A stretch of DNA of 64,000 nt from positions 3,834 through 67,833 of the forward strand of contig CAZTJK010000004.1 in NCBI GenBank assembly GCA_964613715.1, read 5' to 3'. This document shows positions 17,901 to 26,032 of the stretch, one piece after another (the stretch's first letter is position 1; each line of letters opens with the position of its first letter). The position numbers were made by a program, and so were the translations under genes. The notes beneath the pieces are model-generated. The model ran no database searches. It was given only the letters and a program-made list of their open reading frames with translations, and was not told the origin of the DNA. The DNA is from an uncultured Candidatus Saccharibacteria bacterium (GTDB lineage Bacteria > Patescibacteriota > Minisyncoccia > Phycocordibacterales > GWA1-40-21).

Positions 17901-18246
17901 CGTTTGCAAGCTGATATTTGATGACGGCTGCTTTCGTCAATGAACCGAAGTAACCGGTCGCTGGCGAAATGCCGAGCATGGTCTGCAATGCGGTGACATC
18001 TGCACCCTTGCTACCGACGGTGAGGTCGACAGAGAAGGTGTGGCCTGACGTCGTCGATGAAGATGACGTGAGTCCGAGGGATGCCTTGACTGCAGCTGCT
18101 TTGCTTGCATCAACGAGACCAAGCGCAACGAGCATGTCGATCTCGTATGCCGTCTTCTGCTTGAAAAAAAAAACTGCAACCAATGAGAAGACGACGTCCA
18201 AGCCGGCGACCAGTCCAAACATTGATGAAAAACTATTTCTTTTCAT
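14974..18246 (-). CDS. giant Ser/Thr-rich cell-surface protein (1090 aa) with N-terminal PG_binding_1 domain; 5' end contains adapter-derived sequence
   Basis: After residues 1-36 it has a PG_binding_1 block (GADVTALQTML...GYFGSLTKAAVIKYQLANGITPAAGYVGPKTRSML) and about 900 aa of repeated beta-sandwich-like Ser/Thr/Gly/Val-rich segments. Codons 26-36 (FFFKQKTAYEI) are encoded by an Illumina P7 adapter plus poly-A, so the true N-terminus and start are uncertain. Confidence 0.65.
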   Translation of the reverse strand: MKRNSFSSMFGLVAGLDVVFSLVAVFFFKQKTAYEIDMLVALGLVDASKAAAVKASLGLTSSSSTTSGHTFSVDLTVGSKGADVTALQTMLGISPATGYFGSLTKAAVIKYQLANGITPAAGYVGPKTRSMLSSGSMSSGTGSTVVPSGTDLKVSLAATSPVSGAVVAGQSIADLAEYTFTNTSAAPAVVTNVTLQRGGVSNDAALSNVYLYSGVTRLTDSASVSTGKITFNAPSGLFTIPAGSSMTIAVRADITSGTTYNGQIFVVSLTGVTSNVPVTAVYPISAASQTVSSATLASVIISSSSVSTTSVDPQTDYTMWYGTASVSTNDVWMKAIALRQVGSVATGDLGNFRLFIDGNQVGSALSAYDVNNYLTFDLSGNPLKLTTGSHTIKLVGDIIGGSTKNFSFQLRQASDLNLVDSQLNVNVLATTNSGYTFPFTTGVQSVNSGTLTITKTTDSPSGNVTLSASGVALARFQIKAAGEPIKIENLKVSYAGSNVGPLRNGALFVNGSQVGSTADIGSTTATQYNSLNFTVVPGSPVTLEVRSDIYTSSGAQLVNGNTVTVSLVAGSANADLTKSGGNISTGAVTANQLTVSQGSLSLSKYTAYANQSMIAPQTAVKLGDYTLTAGTTENLNLNTITVNFLGSGASTTATSSITDVYVVYGNKTSSNKSTIVSGDNSYAVNYTLPAGQTIDVSVYGTLGSGLGGADVIVTKLQIAGQTSQSNQTVTVPSGSTYTTGQTFSITVGSLNLAAYNLAASTTVVANNTVKAGSFKFVATGDTYTVDQLMGFIPFASAGNVASVVYKIGSTVLNGSGTPIDTSDGTNAMATTTGLNIVVPANNTSGVIVDAYLNLASIGTPGGATSSSNVLYTLTGYRKQSSTGVQTLVGNVGSTGNVQYVFKSVPTITNVALTDTLLQAGTKTLDKIQVAADAAGAVQWSKVAFTITKASANTLATASTLQTGWTLTDVNDVAIPGSFASSTGDLSQSGVTSGVITFTPTNPEEIAAGTSKTYKLKAVVGGTIATNDAVTTKIAAGTAGHIQSTTSSGAGTNASFVWSDESFSPHSTTSPDWNNDVLIKNIPTDSQNLTN
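18140..18173. other. Illumina P7 adapter (ATCTCGTATGCCGTCTTCTGCTTG) followed by A10: sequencing/assembly artifact
   Basis: Exact 24-nt match to the reverse complement of the P7 flow-cell primer CAAGCAGAAGACGGCATACGAGAT on the plus strand, followed by ten A's. This is the signature of adapter read-through. Confidence 0.9.
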
Positions 18247-18957
18247 AAATGAATTCTAATTGTTACATTACGGAAACCGTATTCCTCGACTACTACTAAA
18301 TTAATAATTGGGAATCCGATCTCCTTGCTCACCAATAGACCGCGAAGCGGCAAGAGAATGGATTTCGACTAAAAACCCATTCTCTTTGAAATTGGCAAGT
18401 GCCTCGATCCCGATACCATAGAATGACCATCCATAGAGCATCGGGTACATGCGGCCGGCGTACTGCGCGCATGACACATTTCTACTATTCCCCTCTCTCA
18501 TATTCTTCACAGCATCTTGCGATGCATGCGGAGTTCGACACGAGAAAGCGGATTAGCTGACATGAACAAAACTGACTTTCTGTATTTTTTCTGCCTATTC
18601 AATTGTCAAAGTTCTCGACCACTGACAATGGGGCTTGAGCGAGCCCGACTTCAGCATTTCTGAAATGGTGGCTCTTGAGACCACCCAAACTAGACAAGCT
18701 GAAAACCTGTCTAGCCGCAAAAGATGGGAAAAGCACTTTCGCAAATGCAACTCACACCTTTGCTACCATTATATATCGTGCCTGGACCCAGGCAAAATAT
18801 ATTCTTGTGGATAACTGAATATAGGCTAAAAACCGGCCATTTTCGAGCTTTCGAAAAAGCGCAAAAACGGATCCGGGCAATAGCCTACAACTCTAGTATC
18901 TCCACATGGAGGCCATACTTACATATATTAGTATGAAAAACAAGTGCAAAAAATAAA

Positions 18958-18989
18958 CAAAAAGAGATGGGCACGCCCATCTCTTTTTG
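18958..18989 (-). terminator. intrinsic terminator after the HTH-protein gene
   Basis: CAAAAAGAGATGGG-cacg-CCCATCTCTTTTTG: a 14-bp stem with A/T-rich flanks, 50 nt after the stop at 19040. Confidence 0.6.
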
Positions 18990-19039
18990 TTTATTTTGAT
19001 CCTATTACATTCCTAAGAAGAGAAAGTAATAGATGTCCT

Positions 19040-19870
19040 TTATGCTAAGAAGTATTTTGACCAGCGGCGTTCGCCTTCTTTCTTCAATACTCCCTTAGCA
19101 ACCATGGCGATCAATTCCCTCTGAATAGTCTTGTCGCTGCAGCCTTTTATGTTCTTTGCAAAATCCTTGATGGTCAGCTTTGCACCGCCTTTGAGCATGG
19201 CAAGAATAATTTCCTGTCTGTTATTTTTGTCTTTGATCGGCTTATTTTCTTTTGATACTTTTATTTCAGACATTTCAGCAGGCAATTCAATTTTCTGATT
19301 GTCTTTAATAGGATTTTGTCCTTGAAAAAAGGCGGGCTGTTCTGCGATTACTGGCTTGATAGTGTCTGCTTTCTTGATCTGGTAAATATCGGTCGGAGCA
19401 AAATTGTAGTCTCCTTCAAAAAAGTTCTGGGGTACGGCAATCTTTGCTGAAGAATAATTCGCTGAGGATTCCAAGAGGAAATTCGTCAGTTTCTTCAACT
19501 CATCAGTGATGATCTGATGATTCATTGTTGAGATCATCTGGGCTGTCAGCGCCACATCAAAAAGCACGGTCATCTCGCAGAGCGCGTTCGACAGATTCTT
19601 CTGAAACAGGTCTTCGCCCCAGACTCTATCGGACATCGAGAGAGCAGTCGAAAGCATGTCAGTTGCGATCGCACGAAGCTTCCCTTTCATCGGTTCTGCA
19701 TCAGCCATGACGCCAGTCAAAAGATAGATGGCGGTGACCAGCCTTTCAGTCTTCTTAAAGACAAAAAGACCGTATGAATCTCCGGAAAACAATACGTCGA
19801 TATTAAGCTTGTTTTGCTGGATATTCTTGCTATCAGCACTCACCATATTGTTTTGATTTTGGCCTTCCAT
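19040..19870 (-). CDS. hypothetical protein with C-terminal winged-helix (DeoR-like) HTH, in an AT-rich island
   Basis: C-terminal QEIILAMLKGGAKLTIKDFAKNIKGCSDKTIQRELIAMVAKGVLKKEGERRWSKY resembles a DeoR-type wHTH. The N-terminal ~200 aa have no recognised domain. GC content is clearly lower than in neighbouring genes. Confidence 0.55.
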   Translation of the reverse strand: MEGQNQNNMVSADSKNIQQNKLNIDVLFSGDSYGLFVFKKTERLVTAIYLLTGVMADAEPMKGKLRAIATDMLSTALSMSDRVWGEDLFQKNLSNALCEMTVLFDVALTAQMISTMNHQIITDELKKLTNFLLESSANYSSAKIAVPQNFFEGDYNFAPTDIYQIKKADTIKPVIAEQPAFFQGQNPIKDNQKIELPAEMSEIKVSKENKPIKDKNNRQEIILAMLKGGAKLTIKDFAKNIKGCSDKTIQRELIAMVAKGVLKKEGERRWSKYFLA

Positions 19871-20177
19871 AGATGATATTGGTTATTAAACGTCTTTTAA
19901 AACTAGCTTGGAAAATATATGTCTTTTTTAATTTGTCTTTAAGAGATAAAAGGACAGTACTGTTGTATGTTTGCTATTATAATATGTCCTATAGAATTTG
20001 TAAAGTCCTTAAAAATAGTCCGAAATAGGCTGATACAATCGGCAATAGAGATGAAAAAAGAAGGTTTGAAAATAAGTATAAAAAGAGCAGCATTTTCAAG
20101 ATGGTATACAGGCATGCAAGAATGTTGTTTGATTCAAAAAGACAAAACGAATTTTGGGGAAATTATCCACAGCATTT

Positions 20178-20186
20178 GCTATAATG
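20178..20186 (+). promoter_or_regulatory. extended -10 element TGcTATAAT immediately upstream of ftsK
   Basis: A perfect TATAAT with a TGn extension ends 10 nt before the ftsK ATG at 20197, which would make the mRNA leaderless. No clear -35. Confidence 0.3.
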
Positions 20187-20196
20187 AAGCTCATCT

Positions 20197-22476
20197 ATGG
20201 CGTCAAAACAAAAAGAAAAACCGGCAAAAAGAGGGTCGGAATCAACGGTATGGGAAAGCATCAAGAGCGAGACGAAACAGGCGATCATTGCAGTCGTTTT
20301 TTTCGTTTTTTTCATCATATTCCTTCTCGCTTCCTTTCATAAGGCAGGGTTCGTCGGGGACGAGATCTTCTACTGGCTTTCGGTGCTCCTCGGTATCGGA
20401 TACTTCCTGATTCCCCTCTTTTTCCTGATGCTCGCAATCTCCTTCTTTAAAGCAGAAGAAAAGGAATTCAATCGCATTAAGATCTTCGGCGGCATGCTCT
20501 TTTTCGTTTCCGGTCTCGGCATGATCGATCTCGTCTCGCGGACGTATTTCACGCCGGAAGGAGGCAAGCTCGGCTGGGTGATTTCGACGCCACTCTTGAA
20601 GCTCTTTGGTTTCGCGGCAAGCGCGATCATCCTGCTTGCCGTCATCGTCATTTCCTGTCTCGTCATCTTTGAAACGAAGCTCACGGTCGAGTCGCTTCTC
20701 TTCTGGAAGAAATCGAAGAAAAAGAAAGAACGCGATGAAGAGCCAGTGCGGAATCTCAAGATCATCGCGCCGCCAGAAGCGCCGGAACGCCCGCTTGAAG
20801 CAAAAAAAATCACCGAAGAAAAGACACCGGAAGAAAAAGAGAAAAAACCTGCGAAGAATACAGCGAATGGAAAGGAAGAGGGTGGTGAATTGAAAATGGC
20901 GAAGCGCTATGTGCTGGCAACCAATTACGTGCCGCCGCCGCTCTCGCTTCTTGAAGATGACCGCGGCAAATCAGTGAGCGGCGATATCAAGGCGAATGCG
21001 AATATCATCAAACGCACGCTTCAGAACTTTGGCATTGATGTGGAAATGGATGAGGTATCCATCGGCCCGTCGGTGACCCGCTATGCGCTGAAGCCTGCGG
21101 AGGGCGTGAAGATCTCGCGCATCCTCGGATTACAAAACGATCTTGCGCTTGCCCTTGCCGCACATCCGCTCCGCATCGAAGCACCCATCCCGGGCAAATC
21201 GCTCGTCGGCATCGAAATTCCAAATGCTACAAAATCCACGGTCGGCCTCGGTTCCCTGCTCTCAGCTGATGAATTCCAGAAATCGGAGAAGCCGCTTCTC
21301 GTTGCGCTCGGCCGTGGCATTTCCGGCATGACCCATTTCGCCAATATCGCGAAAATGCCACATGTACTCGTCGCAGGCGCTACCGGCTCCGGAAAATCGG
21401 TAACGATCCATGCAATCATCACTTCCCTCCTGTACCGCAATTCGCCGGAAAATCTGCGCTTCATTATGGTGGACCCGAAGCGTGTCGAGCTGACCCTCTA
21501 TAATAAGATCCCGCACCTCCTCACGCCGGTCATCACTGATGCGAAAAAAACCATCCTTGCCCTGAAATGGGCCACCAAGGAAATGGATCGCCGCTATGAT
21601 GTCCTCGAGTCGAATGCAGTAAAAGATATAGATTCCTACCATAAGAATGTCTATGCTCCGGCAGCGAAGAAGATCGAGGAACTCAAGAAAGCTGGAAAAT
21701 ACAAGGAGGATAAGGATGCATTGCCGGAACCGATGCCATATATCGTCATCGTTATCGACGAGCTTGCCGATATCATGATGGCCTATCCTCGCGAGCTTGA
21801 GGCTGGCATTGTGCGCCTCGCGCAGATGTCCCGTGCGGTCGGCATCCACCTCATGCTCTCCACGCAGCGCCCGTCGGTGAACGTCATCACTGGCATCATC
21901 AAGGCGAATATCCCAGCGAGAATCGCCTTGCAGGTGGTTTCTCAGATCGATTCCCGCACAATTCTCGACACGCCGGGCGCGGAAAAACTCCTCGGCGCAG
22001 GCGACATGCTCTATATCGGTGGCGAAATGTCGAAGCCGGTGCGCATCCAATCGGCATTCGTTTCCGAAAAGGAAGTGAAGGATGTAGCAAAATATCTGGC
22101 CAATGCCTATAAAGACGAGCTGATCGGCAGCGAGATCGACCTTGGCGGCAGCGAAACGGGAGGCAATACAAGCGACCTCGGCGGCGTATCACTCGATGAC
22201 GATGACAATGACGAATTATACGAGCAGGCAAAGGACGAGGTGCTGAAAGCCGGCAAAGCATCGACCTCGTATCTGCAGCGCAAGCTTCGCGTCGGCTATG
22301 CCCGCGCGGCGCGGCTCATCGATCTCTTGGAACAGAAAGGCGTCATCGGCCCGGGAGACGGCGCAAAACCGCGCGAAGTCATCGGCGGCGCCAAACCTGC
22401 TGACGAATCCGACGACATTGATCCGGTCGCCAAAAAGCAGCTCGATGAGATGCGAAGTGACGGCGACTATCTCTAA
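20197..22476 (+). CDS. ftsK: DNA translocase FtsK/SpoIIIE
   Basis: N-terminal TM helices, a Lys/Glu-rich linker, an FtsK motor domain (Walker A GATGSGKS, VIVIDELADIMM) and a C-terminal gamma winged-helix (TSYLQRKLRVGYARAARLIDLLEQKGVIGP). Confidence 0.92.
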   Translation: MASKQKEKPAKRGSESTVWESIKSETKQAIIAVVFFVFFIIFLLASFHKAGFVGDEIFYWLSVLLGIGYFLIPLFFLMLAISFFKAEEKEFNRIKIFGGMLFFVSGLGMIDLVSRTYFTPEGGKLGWVISTPLLKLFGFAASAIILLAVIVISCLVIFETKLTVESLLFWKKSKKKKERDEEPVRNLKIIAPPEAPERPLEAKKITEEKTPEEKEKKPAKNTANGKEEGGELKMAKRYVLATNYVPPPLSLLEDDRGKSVSGDIKANANIIKRTLQNFGIDVEMDEVSIGPSVTRYALKPAEGVKISRILGLQNDLALALAAHPLRIEAPIPGKSLVGIEIPNATKSTVGLGSLLSADEFQKSEKPLLVALGRGISGMTHFANIAKMPHVLVAGATGSGKSVTIHAIITSLLYRNSPENLRFIMVDPKRVELTLYNKIPHLLTPVITDAKKTILALKWATKEMDRRYDVLESNAVKDIDSYHKNVYAPAAKKIEELKKAGKYKEDKDALPEPMPYIVIVIDELADIMMAYPRELEAGIVRLAQMSRAVGIHLMLSTQRPSVNVITGIIKANIPARIALQVVSQIDSRTILDTPGAEKLLGAGDMLYIGGEMSKPVRIQSAFVSEKEVKDVAKYLANAYKDELIGSEIDLGGSETGGNTSDLGGVSLDDDDNDELYEQAKDEVLKAGKASTSYLQRKLRVGYARAARLIDLLEQKGVIGPGDGAKPREVIGGAKPADESDDIDPVAKKQLDEMRSDGDYL

Positions 22477-22493
22477 ACGCGCATTCCCGAGGC

Positions 22494-22856
22494 ATGACTG
22501 AACGCTACAAGACCAGAAAGCATCTCGCGATCATCATAACGCTCTTCCTCCTGCTCCTCGTCGGTGGCTACACTGCCTATGAGGTGCAGAAGGTGGTATC
22601 GGGACCGCAAATTATGCTCCTTTCCCCCGAGGATGGCGCATTCGTTTCGACATCAAGCATCATGATTTCCGGCACTGCGACAAATGTGAGCGTAATCAGC
22701 CTCGATGATCGCAAGATTTTCATTGATGAGGCGGGCAATTTCAAAGAGGAGATGCTGCTCTCCCCCGGATATAATATCTTCAAGCTTGATGCGAGCGACA
22801 AATTCGGCAGCACGATAGAAAAAACCGTCGAGGTGATCTATAAGCCTGTGCTATAA
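22494..22856 (+). CDS. small membrane-anchored protein with beta-sandwich (Ig-like) ectodomain
   Basis: N-terminal TM ([19 protein letters not shown]) followed by ~90 aa of beta-rich sequence. Confidence 0.45.
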   Translation: MTERYKTRKHLAIIITLFLLLLVGGYTAYEVQKVVSGPQIMLLSPEDGAFVSTSSIMISGTATNVSVISLDDRKIFIDEAGNFKEEMLLSPGYNIFKLDASDKFGSTIEKTVEVIYKPVL

Positions 22857-22867
22857 TCAGCATATAT

Positions 22868-23911
22868 ATGAAAAAGAAACAGAAAAAAGAGGAAGGCGAA
22901 GTCGCAATGGAAACGGCTCGAAGCGAAGAAAAAAGCATCAAGTCAGTCGAAAGCGCCATGAAGGCGATACAGACCAAATTCGGCGACGAAGCGATCATGA
23001 TGCTTGGCGAGAAGCCAAAGGTGAACGTGAATGTCATCCCGACCGGCTCGATCGGTCTCGACGCTGCGCTTGGCGTCGGCGGATATCCGCGCGGCAGGAT
23101 CATCGAGATATTCGGCCCCGAATCATCCGGCAAGACCACGCTTGCCCTCCATGCAGTCGCGGAAGCGCAGTCTATGGGCGGCATCTGCGCATATATAGAT
23201 GCAGAGCATGCGATGGACCCAGAATACGCAAAGAAGCTCGGCGTCAAAATCGACCAGCTGCTCATTTCTCAACCGGATACCGGCGAACAAGCGCTTGATA
23301 TCGTCGACTCTCTCGTGCGCAGCGGCAATATCGATGTCATCATCGTCGACTCGGTGGCAGCGCTTACTCCAAAAGACGAGATCGAGGGCGATATGGGCGC
23401 ATACCATGTGGGCAAGCAGGCCCGCCTCATGTCCCAGGCGCTCCGCAAGCTCACCTCCATCGTCGCAAAATCAAAGACGGTGGTCATCTTCATCAACCAG
23501 ATCCGCATGCAGATCGGCGTCATGTTCGGCAACCCGGAAACGACTCCGGGCGGCAAGGCACTCAAGTTCTATACCTCCGTGCGCCTCGATATCCGCCGCA
23601 TCGCGCAAATCAAGAAGGGTGAAGAAATCATGGGCGGCCGCGTGCGCGTGAAAGTGGTGAAGAATAAAGTCGCGGCGCCGTTCAAGCAGACCGAATTCGA
23701 TCTCATGTACAATGAAGGCATCTCGCGTGAAGGCGAAATCCTCGCACTCGGCGAAAAAATGATGCTGATCAAGAAATCCGGCTCGTCTTACGAATACGGC
23801 GAGACCAAGCTCGGCCGCGGCTATGACGCAGCGCGCACGTTCCTGAAAGAAAATATGAAGATCGAGAACGAGATCTTGAAACAGATACGCGCGAAGCTGA
23901 AAGAATCATAA
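22868..23911 (+). CDS. recA: recombinase RecA
   Basis: Walker [13 protein letters not shown], the L1/L2 loop regions and the RecA signature [14 protein letters not shown]. Confidence 0.95.
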   Translation: MKKKQKKEEGEVAMETARSEEKSIKSVESAMKAIQTKFGDEAIMMLGEKPKVNVNVIPTGSIGLDAALGVGGYPRGRIIEIFGPESSGKTTLALHAVAEAQSMGGICAYIDAEHAMDPEYAKKLGVKIDQLLISQPDTGEQALDIVDSLVRSGNIDVIIVDSVAALTPKDEIEGDMGAYHVGKQARLMSQALRKLTSIVAKSKTVVIFINQIRMQIGVMFGNPETTPGGKALKFYTSVRLDIRRIAQIKKGEEIMGGRVRVKVVKNKVAAPFKQTEFDLMYNEGISREGEILALGEKMMLIKKSGSSYEYGETKLGRGYDAARTFLKENMKIENEILKQIRAKLKES

Positions 23912-23915
23912 CCAT

Positions 23916-24062
23916 ATGGCGAACATACACTGGTTTATCCTGATTGTGCTTGGTGCGGCAATGATGTATGTGCCAAGACTGAATATCACCTTCAGTATAT
24001 CGCTTGGCTTGGTGCTCCTCATTCTCGGCATATTCGGCCTGATACGAGGGCTCTTCAAATAA
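23916..24062 (+). CDS. candidate small two-TM membrane protein (48 aa)
   Basis: ATG ORF MANIHWFILIVLGAAMMYVPRLNITFSISLGLVLLILGIFGLIRGLFK ending at the shared bidirectional terminator. It is below the track's size cutoff. Confidence 0.3.
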   Translation: MANIHWFILIVLGAAMMYVPRLNITFSISLGLVLLILGIFGLIRGLFK

Positions 24063-24063
24063 A

Positions 24064-24090
24064 CAAAAACCGCCTTCCGGCGGTTTTTGT
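24064..24090. terminator. bidirectional intrinsic terminator between the small ORF/recA unit and efp
   Basis: AAAAACCGCC-ttcc-GGCGGTTTTT. Confidence 0.6.
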
Positions 24091-24095
24091 TTGTC

Positions 24096-24671
24096 TTATT
24101 TGGTTACGCGGCCGACATACTCCCCTGTCTCGGTATTCACGATCGCAATATCTTTTTCGGTGATGAAGAGCGGAGCATTGATGATGGCGCCGGACTCGAG
24201 CGTCACTTGCTTCGTGGCATTCGTCGAGGTATCGCCTTTGACTGCTGGCGGCGCTTCGACGACTTTCAGCTCGACTTTGATTGGCAGATGCACGCCGATG
24301 ATCTTCTCGTCGAAAATCGCAGTCTCGATGATCGAATTCGGCTTCATGAATTTTGCCGGCGTGCCGATGGCCGCTTCGGAAAGGTTGAAGCGATTCTTCG
24401 GATCATTCGGATCGGAGAACCAGTAGAGATTCTTGTTATCCTTGTACATGAACTTTGCATCCTTGTAGGTGATTTCCGCTTCCGCGACGCGCTCGGACTG
24501 ATGGAATGTGATTTCCACGACCTTGCCGCTTACCATATGCTTGAGCTTGGCGACATTCACTGCTTTATAGCCGCCTTTGGAGCCGATCTGGCTGGCTACC
24601 ACCTCGTATGGTTCGCCATCATAGAGGATGGTCGTTCTCGGCTTTATTTCATTGTAATTCAGAAGCGCCAT
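24096..24671 (-). CDS. efp: elongation factor P
   Basis: 191 aa with three OB-like domains and a conserved GSKGG loop lysine. Confidence 0.9.
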   Translation of the reverse strand: MALLNYNEIKPRTTILYDGEPYEVVASQIGSKGGYKAVNVAKLKHMVSGKVVEITFHQSERVAEAEITYKDAKFMYKDNKNLYWFSDPNDPKNRFNLSEAAIGTPAKFMKPNSIIETAIFDEKIIGVHLPIKVELKVVEAPPAVKGDTSTNATKQVTLESGAIINAPLFITEKDIAIVNTETGEYVGRVTK

Positions 24672-24722
24672 GTGTTTTTATGTTTATTGCAGGACTGATT
24701 CTATCGGATTTTTGCGGAAAAA

Positions 24723-24757
24723 CAAGGGGCCGGGCCGCAAAGCGGCCCGGCCCCTTG
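24723..24757 (-). terminator. strong GC hairpin terminator after rpsR
   Basis: CAAGGGGCCGGGCCGC-aaa-GCGGCCCGGCCCCTTG: a perfect 16-bp stem. Confidence 0.55.
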
Positions 24758-24766
24758 CATGAACCG

Positions 24767-24967
24767 TTATTTCGCGACAAATGGCAGGAGAGCCATGAAG
24801 CGGGCGCGCTTCACTGCCTCGGCGAGCTGGCGCTGGCTCTTGGCATTCACGAAGGTCTTCTTCTTGCCCATGAGGCGTGCATGCGGATTCAGGAACTTCT
24901 TCAGGAGCTCCACATCCTTGTAATCGACGTATTTGATATTATTCTGCGAAAAAAAGCACTGTTTCAT
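24767..24967 (-). CDS. rpsR: 30S ribosomal protein S18
   Basis: 66 aa; YVDYKDVELLKKFLNPHARLMGKKKT. Confidence 0.88.
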   Translation of the reverse strand: MKQCFFSQNNIKYVDYKDVELLKKFLNPHARLMGKKKTFVNAKSQRQLAEAVKRARFMALLPFVAK

Positions 24968-25005
24968 AGAAAATGGATAGTACTATAGTTTATAGTTTTC
25001 TGCAA

Positions 25006-25455
25006 CTAGAACGGAATATCGTCTGGGTTGATCTCTTCGGACGGATACTCGATAGTATCCATCTCGGGCATCTTCGACTTCGGCGCGCTTGGCGCATCTG
25101 ACGCTTGAGCGCTGCCGCCCATAGCGCCCGACGGGCCGAACTGGAAATTCTCGACGACAATCTCGGTGCGATATTTCTTTGAACCGTCGTTCTTATCATC
25201 CCAGCTTCTCGTCTCGATGCGTCCTTCGACAAAAAGCGATCGGCCTTTCTTCATATACTGGGCAATGAGCTCGGCTGGTTTGCCATACGCGACGATATTG
25301 TGAAAGGTGGAGGAATCCTTCTTCACGCCGTTTGCATCCTTCCAGCTGCGATTCGTCGCCAAGCCGAAATTCGCCACCTTCATACCCGACGGCAAGGATT
25401 TCAATTCCGGATCGCGGGTCAGATTGCCGAACAGGAATGCCTTGTTGATATTCAT
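25006..25455 (-). CDS. ssb: single-stranded DNA-binding protein
   Basis: OB-fold (MNINKAFLFGNLTRDPELK...) and the acidic C-terminal tail DDIPF. Confidence 0.92.
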   Translation of the reverse strand: MNINKAFLFGNLTRDPELKSLPSGMKVANFGLATNRSWKDANGVKKDSSTFHNIVAYGKPAELIAQYMKKGRSLFVEGRIETRSWDDKNDGSKKYRTEIVVENFQFGPSGAMGGSAQASDAPSAPKSKMPEMDTIEYPSEEINPDDIPF

Positions 25456-25467
25456 GAGAACAGTATA

Positions 25468-26010
25468 CTATATTCCCACTTCCTGCGATACGAACTGGTC
25501 GATAGACTTGTCGATTTCCTCAATCGAGGCAGATTTTTCCTCAGCCTTTCCTGATGTGCTCTTCGGTGCGAAATTCGTCTTGATCTTGCCTTCCTTGTCG
25601 GAAAAAACCGTGATCTTCGGAGAGTACATGGTATTTTCACGGACCGTCTTCACGATGAGATAGCGCAGGACATTCTCATTCCCTTTGAGCGCAGCATCGA
25701 TCGCTGCGATATCGCCAGCTTCCGGCAGCTCGAACTTCACGAAGCCGAAATATGCCGTATCGAATGTCTTATACAGGCCGCCGAATGCTTTCTTGATAGC
25801 GTATGCAAGCGGGCGGAGCTTTGGCGCCTCTTCGGCGATGACGATCGCCTTTTCCTTTGCCAATACTGCCGCGATCTTCGCCGCTTCGGCCGGAATATTT
25901 TCCTCCGCAATGGAAGAAATAAGGTGGTAGCCCACCTCGTAGATCCGTTCACCGCTTATTTTCGGTGCTTTCTCCTTTTTACTCATAGGACAAGACAATA
26001 GCACACTCAA
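25468..26010 (-). CDS. rpsF: 30S ribosomal protein S6 (with N- and C-terminal extensions)
   Basis: The S6 core (YEVGYHLI...PKLRPLAYAIKK...VLRYLIVKT) sits in the conserved rpsF-ssb-rpsR arrangement. Confidence 0.7.
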   Translation of the reverse strand: MSVLLSCPMSKKEKAPKISGERIYEVGYHLISSIAEENIPAEAAKIAAVLAKEKAIVIAEEAPKLRPLAYAIKKAFGGLYKTFDTAYFGFVKFELPEAGDIAAIDAALKGNENVLRYLIVKTVRENTMYSPKITVFSDKEGKIKTNFAPKSTSGKAEEKSASIEEIDKSIDQFVSQEVGI

Positions 26011-26032
26011 GAGGCCATTGCAAACGGTTTTG

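Noticed and set aside
18140-18173. The adapter-like sequence as a genuine biological feature (for example a conserved peptide FFFKQKTAYEI)
   Set aside because: A 24/24 match to the Illumina P7 primer followed by A10 is a laboratory artefact signature. The peptide is a known spurious translation of this adapter.
14974-18246. CRISPR-like or tandem nucleotide repeats inside the giant surface-protein gene
   Set aside because: The repetition is at the protein level (Ser/Thr/Gly/Val-rich beta repeats) and the nucleotide copies are degenerate. There are no regular short direct repeats with unique spacers anywhere in the window.
18511-19040. Possible tRNA, tmRNA or RNase P RNA in the long non-coding stretch
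   Set aside because: I looked for T-loop (GTTCGAATC-like), tmRNA tag/tRNA-like ends and RNase P conserved boxes and found none. Only generic hairpins are present, so I am not calling an RNA gene.
19967-20410. Plus-strand 147-aa ORF overlapping the ftsK start
   Set aside because: It has low-complexity, AT-rich, Arg/Ser-rich translation and overlaps the well-supported ftsK frame. It is most likely non-coding promoter region.
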